Positions 9,455-20,214 are shown, counted from the whole stretch's first letter. The stretch is 63,996 nucleotides of DNA, filler included, from a bacterium (GCA_040757115.1; 6 parts of 6 records of this genome joined end to end with filler, not necessarily neighbours in it), one strand, 5' to 3'. Notes: a model not told the origin generated them from the letters alone. Program-made: numbers and translations.

Positions 9455-11752
9455 TCATCTATGGATGCCCTGTGTTAATCTTCTCCAAAGGTAAATCACG
9501 GTTAAAAATAAAGTAAGGATACTAATTATTGCCCCGATTTTGAAAGAGATAGGGTTATAGATAAATCGGATTTTATGTCTGCCTTCTTTTATTGGAATTG
9601 CCCGCTGGAGATAATTTGCCTGGTAAATCTTAGTTAATTTGTCATCAACAAAGGCTTTCCACCCAGGATAATAGGTATCACCAAGCACTAAAAAACCATC
9701 ATCAGTCAACTTAGCCTCAATAATTACCTCAAGCGGTGAATATTTAGTTATTTTTACCGCGGAATTCGCTGTATCTACACCACTAAAATCTATTTCTTCT
9801 TCAATAATTACTTCCTTCCCTGGGTCAAATCCGGGGTTACTCAATTCCCCTAAAATTTCTCCATCCCCTTTGACTATCTTTGCCTTTGGCACAACATAAA
9901 CTCTGGGTAAAAACATTTTATTTCGATACACCTTTATATCTGGAATTACCTTTTTAAAATCAGTCTTCATTACCACTTCTAAATTAGGGTCATTCATCTC
10001 CCAGAAGGATAAAATATACTTAACATTCATTATCCCTAATATTTTTGAGAAAGCAGGCTCGGGAACAGTAAACGGCAAAGGTTCATTTGGTCTGCCATAA
10101 AGTTTCATTTTCTGATAAAGTAAGAAATAATAAAGGTCTGAGCACCGTTGAAGACCAAAACTTTTAGGCGGATAACCAAAGAAACTCTCAAGGTGATATA
10201 TCATATTGAAATTCTCTTGAAGCACACCCCGATGCTTGATATAAAGGTCAAGGTCATTTCCTTTCCAGCCAGAAGATTTTGAATATACCATTCGCCAGGA
10301 TTCATTATTTCCAAAACTACAGATACGGAAGTAATCCTTATCCTGTGCTAAAAATTTCACTGTCTCTGGTGGAGAAAACCATACCTTTGGGTCAACCGCA
10401 GGATTATGCCCTATCCCAAATACAAACAGATCAATAATTAATATTAGAATCAAACCTTGAAGGCAAAATGAAGGTATTTTTATTCGATTTTTAATGTAAT
10501 CCATCCCAAATCCTGCAAGGACAGATAATGATAAAGCGACAAATAATAAAAATCGATTGGGGAATCTGAAATATTGTGCTCCGGGAATAAATTCCCAGAA
10601 TATCTTGAATATCGGCGTGTATTTTCCCATTGTCAGCGCAATAGATAAAACAAAAAAGAAGGCAAAAAACCTGACATAACCATTAGTTTTTAATAATCCT
10701 GATGACAGTAAGACTAATATCAATGGGATGATACCAACATAACCGCAATTTTCCCAGAATAAGGTGTTTTCCTCATTAAAAGTCCCTTTAGCATAATCAC
10801 CATAAAAATAAGGCAAAATGAAGGTGATAAGATGCTTTGGTTGATAACCCCAACCTACCGCTTCATCAAAACTTAACCCTTGTGACCGCGTGCCTTGTTT
10901 CATAAACTCATAAGTTGGTAATAATTGAATCCCTGCAAGTGCTCCACCAATGACAAATATTAACACTAAACAAGCCAATTTCTTTGTAAAAAAAATAGAA
11001 AAGGTTTTGGAAAGTTGGATTAAAGGTAGTCTGGATTTAGTTTTTTTCTCAAGAGATAGTAAATAGTTTTGGCCAAGTTTAAATAAAAAGTATAAAGATG
11101 TCCCCAGCACTGAGTAATAGGCAATCTGAAAATGACCGGCTAATATCTGAATCCCAAACACCATTCCCGCCAGAAAAATATAAATTATATTCTTTTTTTT
11201 GAAGTAATATTCAATCAAGAAAAATAATAACGGTATCCATATCGCCGTATTTATCATATTAATGTGCCTGATTTGAGTGATAAAAAATCCAGAAAAGGAA
11301 AACGCCACTGCGGATAATAAAGATGCGGATTTGCTGAGATTGATTACTCTGGCATACAAAAATAGAAACAATGTTCCCAGAAAGAAGTTTAGTATAACAG
11401 AGAAATTAAAGGCAACAAAACCTGGTAGCAGAGAAAACAGGATAAGATTTAATGGATAGAAGGCACCCATTTCACCCTGAGCTAAAATAGGATACCCACC
11501 AAAGATATATTGTGTCCAGAGAGGAATCTGCAAGCTTTTTAATGATTCACCTAAAAGATGGCGAAACGGGTAGTATTGTGACATCAAGTCACTCAGCGTC
11601 AGGTCACCGGTAATAAATATACCTTTTGATATTGCCAATTTAAAGAAGTAAATCAAAACCAGAATCAATAACCCAACGATAATAAATAAATCGGTTCTTG
11701 AAAATCTAAACTCCTCAATCTTTATTTCTTTTATCTTTTTCTTTTTACCCAT
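9455..11752 (-). CDS. YfhO-family GT-C membrane glycosyltransferase
   Basis: 'PLWTQYIFGGYP', 'FYPLN', 'LAGHFQ', 'FRFPNRF' and C-terminal 'GFLVLGDTYYPGWKA.VD...G.H.I.F.Y.P' motifs. Confidence 0.85.
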   Translation of the reverse strand: MGKKKKIKEIKIEEFRFSRTDLFIIVGLLILVLIYFFKLAISKGIFITGDLTLSDLMSQYYPFRHLLGESLKSLQIPLWTQYIFGGYPILAQGEMGAFYPLNLILFSLLPGFVAFNFSVILNFFLGTLFLFLYARVINLSKSASLLSAVAFSFSGFFITQIRHINMINTAIWIPLLFFLIEYYFKKKNIIYIFLAGMVFGIQILAGHFQIAYYSVLGTSLYFLFKLGQNYLLSLEKKTKSRLPLIQLSKTFSIFFTKKLACLVLIFVIGGALAGIQLLPTYEFMKQGTRSQGLSFDEAVGWGYQPKHLITFILPYFYGDYAKGTFNEENTLFWENCGYVGIIPLILVLLSSGLLKTNGYVRFFAFFFVLSIALTMGKYTPIFKIFWEFIPGAQYFRFPNRFLLFVALSLSVLAGFGMDYIKNRIKIPSFCLQGLILILIIDLFVFGIGHNPAVDPKVWFSPPETVKFLAQDKDYFRICSFGNNESWRMVYSKSSGWKGNDLDLYIKHRGVLQENFNMIYHLESFFGYPPKSFGLQRCSDLYYFLLYQKMKLYGRPNEPLPFTVPEPAFSKILGIMNVKYILSFWEMNDPNLEVVMKTDFKKVIPDIKVYRNKMFLPRVYVVPKAKIVKGDGEILGELSNPGFDPGKEVIIEEEIDFSGVDTANSAVKITKYSPLEVIIEAKLTDDGFLVLGDTYYPGWKAFVDDKLTKIYQANYLQRAIPIKEGRHKIRFIYNPISFKIGAIISILTLFLTVIYLWRRLTQGIHR

Positions 11753-11825
11753 TTTTTCTGAAAATCGGGACTCGGGACTCGGGGTTCGGGACTCGGGAAT
11801 AAAAGAATCTTCGAACCCAGAAATC

Positions 11826-12026
11826 GGTGGTGTCTTAATCTAGCATAAAGGTTGAAATAGTGTCCGAAAAGGAGATATGGGCATTATGGAGATAAGGAGA
11901 TAAATTCATTCTAAAATTTTGGAAAGGACAATGAATAATCTCCATCTCTCCCTTTATCTCCTTATCCCCTTTTTTTACACCAAATCTGTATAGATTTCAC
12001 TATTAGAGTTATTTTCAGACACCATC
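11826..12026. mobile_element. GGTGGTGTCT-ended MITE with nonamer (GGAGATA-N2) interior
   Basis: Same ends as the 8908 element but a different interior; inserted into a (GGGACTC)n inverted-repeat hairpin spanning 11765-12062. Confidence 0.75.
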
Positions 12027-12094
12027 CGAAATCCGAGTCCCGAACCCCGAGTTCCGAGTCCCTTTATTTTTGTCATCCTTTGTGAATCGCAGAG

Positions 12095-14167
12095 TTATGA
12101 GTGTTTCTCTTCTTTATGTTGTTGGATAATTTTTTCTGCAAGTTGATGCGGGATTTCTTCATAATAGGCGAATTCAGCGTGATAAATTGCCTTACCACGA
12201 GTAATCGAACGCAATGAGGTAGAGTATTTATACATTTCTGATTGAGGGACAAAGGCATTGACTACTTGAATTCTACCCAGCGGCTCTATTCCTTGAATTC
12301 TACCTCGTCGGCTATTCAAATCTCCAATAACATCACCCATATATTCTTCAGGCACCTTTGCTTCAACCTTCATAATTGGTTCAATAAGAACTGGATGTGC
12401 ATCCTGAAATGCCTCTTTAAAGGCAAACGACCCGGCTAAATTAAAGGCAATATCCGACGAATCTACTTCATGAAAACTACCATCATATAAGATAACCTTA
12501 ACCCAGAGAATAGGATAGCCCGCTAATATTCCTTTTACCATTGCCTCTTTTACGCCTTTTTCGATAGATGGAATATATTTAGCCGGGATAGCCCCGCCAA
12601 AGATTTTATCTTCAAATTCAAATGTGGTTTCGGAATTTTGAGGTAATGGTTCAATTTCTATCAATGCATGTCCGTATTGTCCTCGACCACCTGTTTGTCG
12701 TTTGTATTTTCCTTCACCTTTAGATTTGGATTTAATCGTTTCTCGATATGGCACTTTGGGCCTTTCAATATTTACCTCTGCCCCAAACTTTTTTTGTAAT
12801 TTGTGAAGCATTACATCTAAATGCAATTCACTCATTCCCGAAACAATAGTTTGACCTAACTCATGGTCATAGCGAATCTGAAAGGTTGGGTCTTCATCAT
12901 GAAGTCTTGATAAGGCAAGACTCATTTTCTCCTGGTCTTGTTTTGTTTTGGGATTAACCGCAACCTCAGCGGTTGATTCAGGAAAGATAATATTTGGGAA
13001 CTCAATATGGTCATTTGGCGAACATAATGTATTTCCAATAAAAGCACCTTTAAATTTGACCAAAGCCCCGATGTCACCACAACCAATCTCTGGAATATCA
13101 TTCCGATTTTTACCCATAATCTGACAAATTTGTGAAACTTTTTCCTTTTGATTCTTGTTTGGATTATAGATTTCATCACCACTATGGACTATGCCGGAAT
13201 AAACTCTAAAGAAAGTCAATTCACCAATATACGGGTCAGTAATAACCTTAAATACTAAACTACTAAATGGTGCAGTCAGAGAACATATTCTTTTTTTATC
13301 AGGGATAGTTCCAACAATCTCCCCTTGCTCAATTGGCGCAGGGAAAAGGTCTATTATCATATCTAATACCGCAGATACGCCAATATTGTTATAACTTGAA
13401 CCACAAACTACAGGAATAATCTTCCTTGATTTAACACCATTGGTTAAACCAGTTATAATTTCACTTTCATCCAGGGTCATATTTTCTAAGTATTTCTCAG
13501 TCAATTCATCTGATGTTTCGGCTATTGCCTCTAATAATTTTTCTCGAAACTGATTTACCTTATCCAATTCATCCTGGGGAATTTCTCCTTCTTCACTTTT
13601 TCCATCTTTGTAAGTATAAGATTTTAGTTTAATTAAATCAATTACCCCTCTGAAATTTGCTGATTGGCCTAAAGGTAATTGAATAGGAACGATATTAGAT
13701 TTTGAATCGAGGTGTTGTTTTGTTGTCTCTAATATTTTATAAAAATCAACATTTTCTTTATCCATTTTGTTGACAAAAATTATTCGCGGGAGGTTGTATT
13801 CATCTGCATATTTCCAGGCTATTTCAGTACCTACCTCTACACCCGATGTGGCATCTATCAAAACCAGACAGGCATCTGCTACTCTTAATGAGCGAATTAC
13901 CTCTCCAAGGAAATCAGTATAGCCTGGCGTGTCGATAATATTAATTTTATGATTTCTCCAATTCAGATAGGCTAAACTTGCATTGATAGATATTTTTCGT
14001 TCAATTTCGCTTGGGTCATAGTCAAATATAGTATTTCCATCATCTACTCGACCTAATCTATTAGTTACTTTAGTGTTAAAAAGTAAGGCTTCTGCAAAGG
14101 AAGTCTTTCCAGTGCCTCCATGTCCAACAATACCTACATTTCTGATATTTTGTGGTTGAAAACTCAT
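12095..14167 (-). CDS. fusA: Elongation factor G (EF-G2/fusA-like paralog)
   Basis: Full EF-G domain set. G1 is GHGGTGKT and G2 is RKISI (non-canonical), and the gene is not in an str operon. Confidence 0.85.
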   Translation of the reverse strand: MSFQPQNIRNVGIVGHGGTGKTSFAEALLFNTKVTNRLGRVDDGNTIFDYDPSEIERKISINASLAYLNWRNHKINIIDTPGYTDFLGEVIRSLRVADACLVLIDATSGVEVGTEIAWKYADEYNLPRIIFVNKMDKENVDFYKILETTKQHLDSKSNIVPIQLPLGQSANFRGVIDLIKLKSYTYKDGKSEEGEIPQDELDKVNQFREKLLEAIAETSDELTEKYLENMTLDESEIITGLTNGVKSRKIIPVVCGSSYNNIGVSAVLDMIIDLFPAPIEQGEIVGTIPDKKRICSLTAPFSSLVFKVITDPYIGELTFFRVYSGIVHSGDEIYNPNKNQKEKVSQICQIMGKNRNDIPEIGCGDIGALVKFKGAFIGNTLCSPNDHIEFPNIIFPESTAEVAVNPKTKQDQEKMSLALSRLHDEDPTFQIRYDHELGQTIVSGMSELHLDVMLHKLQKKFGAEVNIERPKVPYRETIKSKSKGEGKYKRQTGGRGQYGHALIEIEPLPQNSETTFEFEDKIFGGAIPAKYIPSIEKGVKEAMVKGILAGYPILWVKVILYDGSFHEVDSSDIAFNLAGSFAFKEAFQDAHPVLIEPIMKVEAKVPEEYMGDVIGDLNSRRGRIQGIEPLGRIQVVNAFVPQSEMYKYSTSLRSITRGKAIYHAEFAYYEEIPHQLAEKIIQQHKEEKHS

Positions 14168-14209
14168 ATCTTATTCCTCCTTGATTTGGTAATTGATTAG
14201 TGACTTAAT

Positions 14210-14238
14210 AGAATACAATATATTTAATAATAAGTCAA
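14210..14238 (-). promoter_or_regulatory. sigma70 promoter for the fusA-like gene
   Basis: TTGACT-17 bp-TATTCT on the minus strand. Confidence 0.55.
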
Positions 14239-14253
14239 GAAAAAATTACGACC

Positions 14254-14618
14254 GGGTGTATGTAAAATTTGTGGGTAAAAAATATTGAGGAATATTCATC
14301 TTTTTGCCAATATAAAGAAATAGATGAAATTCAATGCGAAAATTACAAATTCCAAGCACCAAATCTCAAATAAATTCCAAATTCCAATTTCCAAATAAGT
14401 TTCAAATTCCAAAGATTATATGACAACGAGAGGAATTTATTTAGATTTTTCAATAATTGAAGAAAAAATTTTCTTCTTGTATTGTTTGGAATTTTGAATT
14501 TTGGTCATTGAAATTTATTTGTAATTTGGTATTTGTGATTTGGAATTTTGTAATTTTCAATTGATTTAATCGTTACTTCAGACGGCTAAATAGTTACCCA
14601 TAAATTTTACACGCACCC
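14254..14618. mobile_element. MITE with 25-bp TIR and 8-bp TSD
   Basis: TIR GGGTGTATGTAAAATTTGTGGGTAA / TTACCCATAAATTTTACACGCACCC; TSD TTACGACC on both sides; interior (AAATTCC)n / (TTTGGAA)n arms. Confidence 0.85.
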
Positions 14619-14647
14619 TTACGACCTGCACAGGTCGAAATATTCCT

Positions 14648-15952
14648 CTATCCTATTCCCGTAACATTTACCTCATCGATGTAAAAATGTGGGCTTCTAA
14701 CCCCTTCCCAGTCGGATAACTTTGAGCCAATTGCCCGTATTTTATTAAAAATATCAAAGAGATTACAGGCAACCATTGTATCTTTCAATCTGCCAACGAC
14801 CTCTCCATTTTCCACCTTAAATCCCAATTCAACATTAAAGGCAAATTCACCGGCTAAAACATTACTCTGCCCACCACCCAGAACTAAATCTATAATAATT
14901 CCTTCCTTCATATCCTTAATCATCTCGTAGAAGTCCATATTTCCTGGTAAAACTACAATATTACTGCAATGTGGTGCAGGTAAGGAATCAAAATCTCGAT
15001 AGCCATTACCAGTGGAGTTAGTTTTTAAAAAACCGGCGGTTTGTAAATCAAAGATATAATTTTTCAAGACACCTTGTTCAATCAATGGTGTCTTTCGTGT
15101 GGCTATTCCTTCTCCATCTACCGGACAACTACTTATTCCAAAATCCATCGTTGCATCGTCATAAATAGTTATTTTATCATCAAATATCCTTTCGCCAAGT
15201 TTCCCAATCAAAGGCGAGATACCTTTTTGAACTAATTTTCCATTTACACCGAGTTTAATGGTTTCTAAAAGCGTTGGGATTAATTTTGGAGTAAATATTG
15301 CGGGTAATTTTTTGGGTTTAGCTGAAAGCTCATTTTTAGACCAGGCTAACGACTCATTTATCTTGCTCACAATAGAATTAATATCCTTATTCAAATTGCA
15401 TCCACTGACATATTCAGTTAGCCATAAGAGGCTATTATTTCTTACTAAAAGTCCAGTAACACAAAAGGTAAATATGGTTTTTTGATATTCAAAATCAACC
15501 CCTGATGTATTCATAATCTTTGTCTCTAAAATAGTTTTATTAATCTCTAACTCTTTACAAAATAACTCAGGTTCAATGTTTGATAGTCGGTCTATCAGGC
15601 TTTTCCCTAATTCTACGCCTTGTTCAATGCTAAAATTCTCAACCTCTTTATCGAATATTTTTATTTGTGGAGGAATGTGTGGTTTTGTTGGGAATTCAAA
15701 TTTAGCCTCTTGACCAAATTTAGCACTAATAATTGCATTCTCAATTAATTGGGATGGATTAGTCAGATTTGTGGTTGAAGAAAATCCAATCTTACCCTCT
15801 TTTATGACCCTTAATCCCAAACCATTGATTTGTTTGGTATTGATATATTTTAACTTATTATTTTCGAATTTAGTTTGAGTTAAAATAAATTGTTGGTGAA
15901 TGGTTTCTGCATTTGGGGTATATTTTAAAATATTATTAAAAACCTCTTCCAC
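14648..15952 (-). CDS. pmbA: PmbA/TldE family protein
   Basis: 'GLGLRVIKEGKIGFSST', 'DGEG' and 'LGFKVENGE' motifs; translationally coupled to tldD. Confidence 0.85.
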   Translation of the reverse strand: MEEVFNNILKYTPNAETIHQQFILTQTKFENNKLKYINTKQINGLGLRVIKEGKIGFSSTTNLTNPSQLIENAIISAKFGQEAKFEFPTKPHIPPQIKIFDKEVENFSIEQGVELGKSLIDRLSNIEPELFCKELEINKTILETKIMNTSGVDFEYQKTIFTFCVTGLLVRNNSLLWLTEYVSGCNLNKDINSIVSKINESLAWSKNELSAKPKKLPAIFTPKLIPTLLETIKLGVNGKLVQKGISPLIGKLGERIFDDKITIYDDATMDFGISSCPVDGEGIATRKTPLIEQGVLKNYIFDLQTAGFLKTNSTGNGYRDFDSLPAPHCSNIVVLPGNMDFYEMIKDMKEGIIIDLVLGGGQSNVLAGEFAFNVELGFKVENGEVVGRLKDTMVACNLFDIFNKIRAIGSKLSDWEGVRSPHFYIDEVNVTGIG

Positions 15953-17319
15953 TATTTTCCTCCAATTACGATATTTTTAATTCGGATATGTGGTCCGCCG
16001 CAGGAAACAGGTAACGGCGACTGCCCATTTTTACCACAACCACCAAGTCCACCATAAAAGATTAAATCATTACCAATCGCCTCAATATTCATTAATGTTT
16101 CAAATACATTTCCAGTCAGCACAATATCCCGTAACAACTTTTTGACCTGACCATTTTTAATTAAATAAGCCTGTTGTGCCGAGAAGGTAAACATCTCACA
16201 ATCCGTATTTCCACCAATGTATCCTTTGGCATAAATTCCTTCTTTGACATCACTTATCATTTCTTCAAAAGATAGATTTCGAGGTTCAAGATAGGTATTT
16301 GACATCCGGACAATTGGTTCAAAATTATAATTAATCGCCCTGGCATTTGCGGTGGGTTTAGCATCCATTTTAGCCGCGGTCTCACAAGAATGTAGGCGAT
16401 TTAAAAATATCCCATTTTTAATAATCTCGGTTTTGCTCGCAGGAATTCCTTCCTCATCATAGGTATAAGAACCTGCTTGAAGTTGAAGTGTGGCGTCGTC
16501 AATTATTGTTAGTTCATCACCGCCAAACCTTTTACCCAATTTCATCAGTTCTTCCATTTTTTCATTTTCGTAGATATGGTCAGCCTCGGCTAAGTGTCCA
16601 AAAGCCTCGTGAATAAATACACCACATAACTCGGGGTCAAGAACAACGGTATATTTACCTCCCTGGATACTTTTGGCTTTAAGTAAATCTACAGCTAATC
16701 TGGAGACATTTTCTACCTTATCATCCAATCCTTGAACCGTTTCATAGCCACAATAATCACCTGTAGATGTATGCGCCTGTTGAACATTCATGCCATCTTT
16801 TGCCATCGCCACAAAACTAATCCCGCTAAATACCTTTTCCTGAAGTATATCTGTGCCTTGCGAATTGGCAAAATACTGTTTTTTATAATAATCTCGATAA
16901 GTAACCTTTGAGGTTTGAATAAGTGGGGAAAAATTCAGGATAATGGAATTATATTGTTGGCAAAGGTGATATTTTTCTTCTAATGATATTTCTCTTGGGT
17001 CTTTTCCACCAGAGATTATTTTAGAATCTACAACAGGTTGGGCAAAGGCAAACTGAGTTTTACTCTTCCCGGTCAATGTTGCCTCTTGAATGGCTAATTT
17101 GATATGAGTCTCAAGTTGCTCTATATTATTAAATGAAACAAACCCAAAGCCACCATTGACTAACGCTCTAACATTCCCGCCGATTTTAGTAGTTACACCA
17201 ATATTTTCAAGTTCTTTTCCGATAAAATCTACTTTTGTGGTTTGGTTTTCCTCTATCCTGATTTCTAAATAATCTACTTTTGGGGCTTTATTGATAGCAT
17301 TTTTAATGAAATTTCTCAT
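15952..17319 (-). CDS. tldD: TldD metalloprotease
   Basis: HEAFGH motif and C-terminal 'CGKNGQ.PLPVS.GGP'. Start corrected to MRNFIK because the ORF-track extension lies in a MITE. Confidence 0.9.
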   Translation of the reverse strand: MRNFIKNAINKAPKVDYLEIRIEENQTTKVDFIGKELENIGVTTKIGGNVRALVNGGFGFVSFNNIEQLETHIKLAIQEATLTGKSKTQFAFAQPVVDSKIISGGKDPREISLEEKYHLCQQYNSIILNFSPLIQTSKVTYRDYYKKQYFANSQGTDILQEKVFSGISFVAMAKDGMNVQQAHTSTGDYCGYETVQGLDDKVENVSRLAVDLLKAKSIQGGKYTVVLDPELCGVFIHEAFGHLAEADHIYENEKMEELMKLGKRFGGDELTIIDDATLQLQAGSYTYDEEGIPASKTEIIKNGIFLNRLHSCETAAKMDAKPTANARAINYNFEPIVRMSNTYLEPRNLSFEEMISDVKEGIYAKGYIGGNTDCEMFTFSAQQAYLIKNGQVKKLLRDIVLTGNVFETLMNIEAIGNDLIFYGGLGGCGKNGQSPLPVSCGGPHIRIKNIVIGGK

Positions 17320-17330
17320 ATTTATTTTCC

Positions 17331-17602
17331 GTAACCGTTCAGATGATAATTTACCGCAGAGACGCAGAGGAACAGAGAAAATATAGAAATAAATCAGATA
17401 ACATAAAAGATTATTGATGCAGACATGAAAATACATAGGACCTGCTTACCGAATGTTCAGCAGGCAAGCCAGATTTGTTAATCAATTTTAATGTTGTTGT
17501 ACTCAAGATCTTGCCCTGATGAAAATCAGGGATGTTAAGCGTCTCGTAAATAGATTTTAATTTTTTTCTCTGCGTCTCTGTGTCTCTGCGGTGAACGGTT
17601 AC
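17331..17602. mobile_element. IS66-type MITE carrying a GxxExxY gene relic
   Basis: Ends GTAACCGTTCA / TGAACGGTTAC; perfect TSD TATTTTCC; relic 'EINQIT.KII.A..' through 'LINFNV..L...VKRLVNRF'. Confidence 0.85.
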
Positions 17603-17645
17603 TATTTTCCTCTGAAAATGGAAAAATGTAATTCTAACGATTTAT

Positions 17646-17730
17646 ATTATAACCTTTTCTTTGGCTTGCGTCAAGAATTATTTTATCAGGGTGGAATTTT
17701 GTTGACAGGTGATAAATCTTCTGGTAAAAT
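17646..17730. promoter_or_regulatory. Divergent sigma70 promoters for tldD and ribD
   Basis: Minus strand TTGACG-17-TATAAT (17674-17646); plus strand TTGACA-17-TAAAAT (17702-17730). Confidence 0.7.
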
Positions 17731-17778
17731 ATACCCAAGAGAATACAACATCCAAAATACCAAAAAGAGAATATATTT

Positions 17779-18825
17779 ATGGATAAAAAATATATAAAAC
17801 GGACATTTATACTGGCAAAGAAATCGGCTGGTAAAACTAACCCTAATCCTATGGTTGGAGCAATCGTGGTCAAAGACGGTCAGGTTGTTGGAGAAGGCTA
17901 TCATAAGGGACCAGGATTTGCTCATGCAGAAATAAATGCCCTTAACCAGGCTAAAACAAAAGCAAGAGGAGCAACCCTTTATGTGAACTTAGAGCCCTGT
18001 TCTCATCAAGGTCGAACTCCACCCTGTACCAAAAGTATTATTAAAGCAGGAATCAAAAAGGTCGTAGCCAGTATGCTTGACCCAAATTCAATAGTTTCAG
18101 GTAAAGAAGAATTAGAAAAAGCAGGTATCCTGGTAGAAGTAGGAATGTTAGAAGAAGAGGCAAAAAAACTCAACGAGGTCTATATTAAATATATGACGAC
18201 TAAATTGCCTTTTGTCATTCTTAAATCGGCTATTACCTTAGATGGCAAGATAACAACATTAGAGAAAAGTTGGATTACCTCTAATGAAAGCAGAAGATTA
18301 GTTCACAGGTTACGGGCAGAAGTTGATGCGATTTTAGCTGGCAAAAACACCATTTTAATTGATGACCCATTACTTACGGCTAGAATAAAAGGAGCAAAAG
18401 ACCCATTTAAAATAATTGTGGATACAAAATTAGAAACTCCACTTTCGGCAAAGGTATTAAAAAATCCTGAGAAGGTAATCATCGCTACAACTAAACAGGC
18501 ACAGGAACATAAAATTCATAGCCTGAAGAAATTAGGGGCAAAAATCTTAATTCTACCTGAATCTAAAAAAATGGTAGATATTAAAGAATTAATGAAAGAA
18601 TTAGGAGAGATGGAAATAACCAGTATTTTAGTCGAAGGTGGGGCTCAAATGAATGCCTCTTTTTTAGAAAATGGATTGGTCGATAAGGTATTCTTTTTTA
18701 TTGCCCCTAAAATAGCCGGTAATAAACAAGTCAGTGCAGTCGGAGATTTGACCCAAACAATCCGATTAAAAGAACTCACGACGAGAAAAATAGGCAATGA
18801 TATTCTGATATGTGGTTATGTTTGA
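17779..18825 (+). CDS. ribD: Riboflavin biosynthesis deaminase/reductase
   Basis: 'PNPMVGA', 'HAE', 'LEPCSH.GRTPPC' and 'VEGG' motifs. Confidence 0.95.
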   Translation: MDKKYIKRTFILAKKSAGKTNPNPMVGAIVVKDGQVVGEGYHKGPGFAHAEINALNQAKTKARGATLYVNLEPCSHQGRTPPCTKSIIKAGIKKVVASMLDPNSIVSGKEELEKAGILVEVGMLEEEAKKLNEVYIKYMTTKLPFVILKSAITLDGKITTLEKSWITSNESRRLVHRLRAEVDAILAGKNTILIDDPLLTARIKGAKDPFKIIVDTKLETPLSAKVLKNPEKVIIATTKQAQEHKIHSLKKLGAKILILPESKKMVDIKELMKELGEMEITSILVEGGAQMNASFLENGLVDKVFFFIAPKIAGNKQVSAVGDLTQTIRLKELTTRKIGNDILICGYV

Positions 18826-18905
18826 ACCAGGTAGAAACCAATCTCCCTTACTCTTTGAACCTACTGTCTCACTTCACTTCTGGGTAAATAATTACAAAAA
18901 AGATA

Positions 18906-18935
18906 TTGACAAAAAATGGACTTAAATGGTATAGT
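18906..18935 (+). promoter_or_regulatory. sigma70 promoter for proA
   Basis: TTGACA-18 bp-TATAGT with an extended TG. Confidence 0.6.
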
Positions 18936-18954
18936 TATTGGACGGAGGAAAAAA

Positions 18955-20214
18955 ATGGAAATTAAAGATGAAGTAACTAAAATCGCTAATTTATCAAAAC
19001 AGGCATCTTTTAAACTATCTAATTTATCTTCAAAGATTAAAGATACCGCTTTACTGGCAATGGCAAAGGCGATTGAAGAGAGTGCAAATATTATCCTTGA
19101 AGAAAACAAAAAAGACCTCGAGTTTGCTAAAAGTCAGGGTTTATCGTCAGCACTAATTGATAGACTTACACTGAATGAAAAACGAATAAAGGTAATGGCA
19201 GATGGACTACGCGATGTGGCTAATTTACCCGACCCGATAGGTGAAATTATCTCTATGTCAAAAAGACCCAATGGGTTACAAATTGGTCGGGTGAGGATTC
19301 CTTTAGGAGTCGTGGGTATTATTTATGAGGCAAGGCCAAATGTTACCGCCGATGCGGTGGGATTATGCCTTAAATCTGGCAATGCGGTCATTCTTCGCGG
19401 TGGCACAGAGGCAATCAACTCAAATAAAATTATTGTTAGGATACTTGATTCTGCCGCGATTTCAATTGGTATCCCCCAAAATAGCGTGTCTTTGATTGAA
19501 ATTACCGATAGGCAAGCCGTCCGTGAATTAGTTAAATTAAATCATCTGATAGATGTCATCATTCTGCGTGGGGGTAAAGGATTAATCGAGACAATTGGTG
19601 AAGAGACGAAAGTTCCAATCATTGCCCATGGAGAAGGTAATTGCCATGTCTATGTTGATTGTCCAGCAGATCTGGCTATGGCGGCAGAAATTGCTTTTAA
19701 TGCCAAGGTTCAAAGACCTGGCGTTTGCAATGCTATCGAGTCACTTTTAGTTCATCAAGATGTTGCCCGGGAATTTTTACCCACAATAATAAACCGCCTG
19801 AAATCAGCAAAGGTAGAAATAAGGGGTTGTCCCCAAACCCGAGAGATAGTTTCGGAAGGAATAATACAAGCAACTGAAGAAGATTGGTATAAAGAATATT
19901 TAGATTTGATTTTAGCCGTAAAGGTCGTTTCCGGATTAGACGAGGCAATTGAACATATCAATATTTATGGTTCTTCGCACTCAGAGGCGATTGTAACTTC
20001 ATCATATAGAAATGCCCGTCGATTTCTTCAAGAAGTAGATGCGGCGGCAGTTTATGTCAATGCCTCAACGCGATTTACGGATGGTGCTGAATTTGGTTTA
20101 GGGGCAGAGATTGGTATTTCGACCCAAAAATTACATGCCCGCGGTCCAATGGGACTTGTGGAATTAACTACAACTAAATTTATTATATTGGGAGATGGAC
20201 AAATCAGGGAATAA
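18955..20214 (+). CDS. proA: Gamma-glutamyl phosphate reductase
   Basis: 'IIYEARPNVT', 'CNA.ESLLVH' and 'STQKLHARGPMGL' motifs; start set at the ATG after SD GGAGG. Confidence 0.95.
   Translation: MEIKDEVTKIANLSKQASFKLSNLSSKIKDTALLAMAKAIEESANIILEENKKDLEFAKSQGLSSALIDRLTLNEKRIKVMADGLRDVANLPDPIGEIISMSKRPNGLQIGRVRIPLGVVGIIYEARPNVTADAVGLCLKSGNAVILRGGTEAINSNKIIVRILDSAAISIGIPQNSVSLIEITDRQAVRELVKLNHLIDVIILRGGKGLIETIGEETKVPIIAHGEGNCHVYVDCPADLAMAAEIAFNAKVQRPGVCNAIESLLVHQDVAREFLPTIINRLKSAKVEIRGCPQTREIVSEGIIQATEEDWYKEYLDLILAVKVVSGLDEAIEHINIYGSSHSEAIVTSSYRNARRFLQEVDAAAVYVNASTRFTDGAEFGLGAEIGISTQKLHARGPMGLVELTTTKFIILGDGQIRE

Noticed and set aside
17320-17436. N-terminal extensions of tldD, hisG, Mut7-C, the sensor and the epimerase in the ORF track
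   Set aside because: They lie within repeat elements, and downstream starts match the family N-termini.
17731-17778. FMN riboswitch upstream of ribD
   Set aside because: The leader is under 50 nt and lacks RFN motifs.
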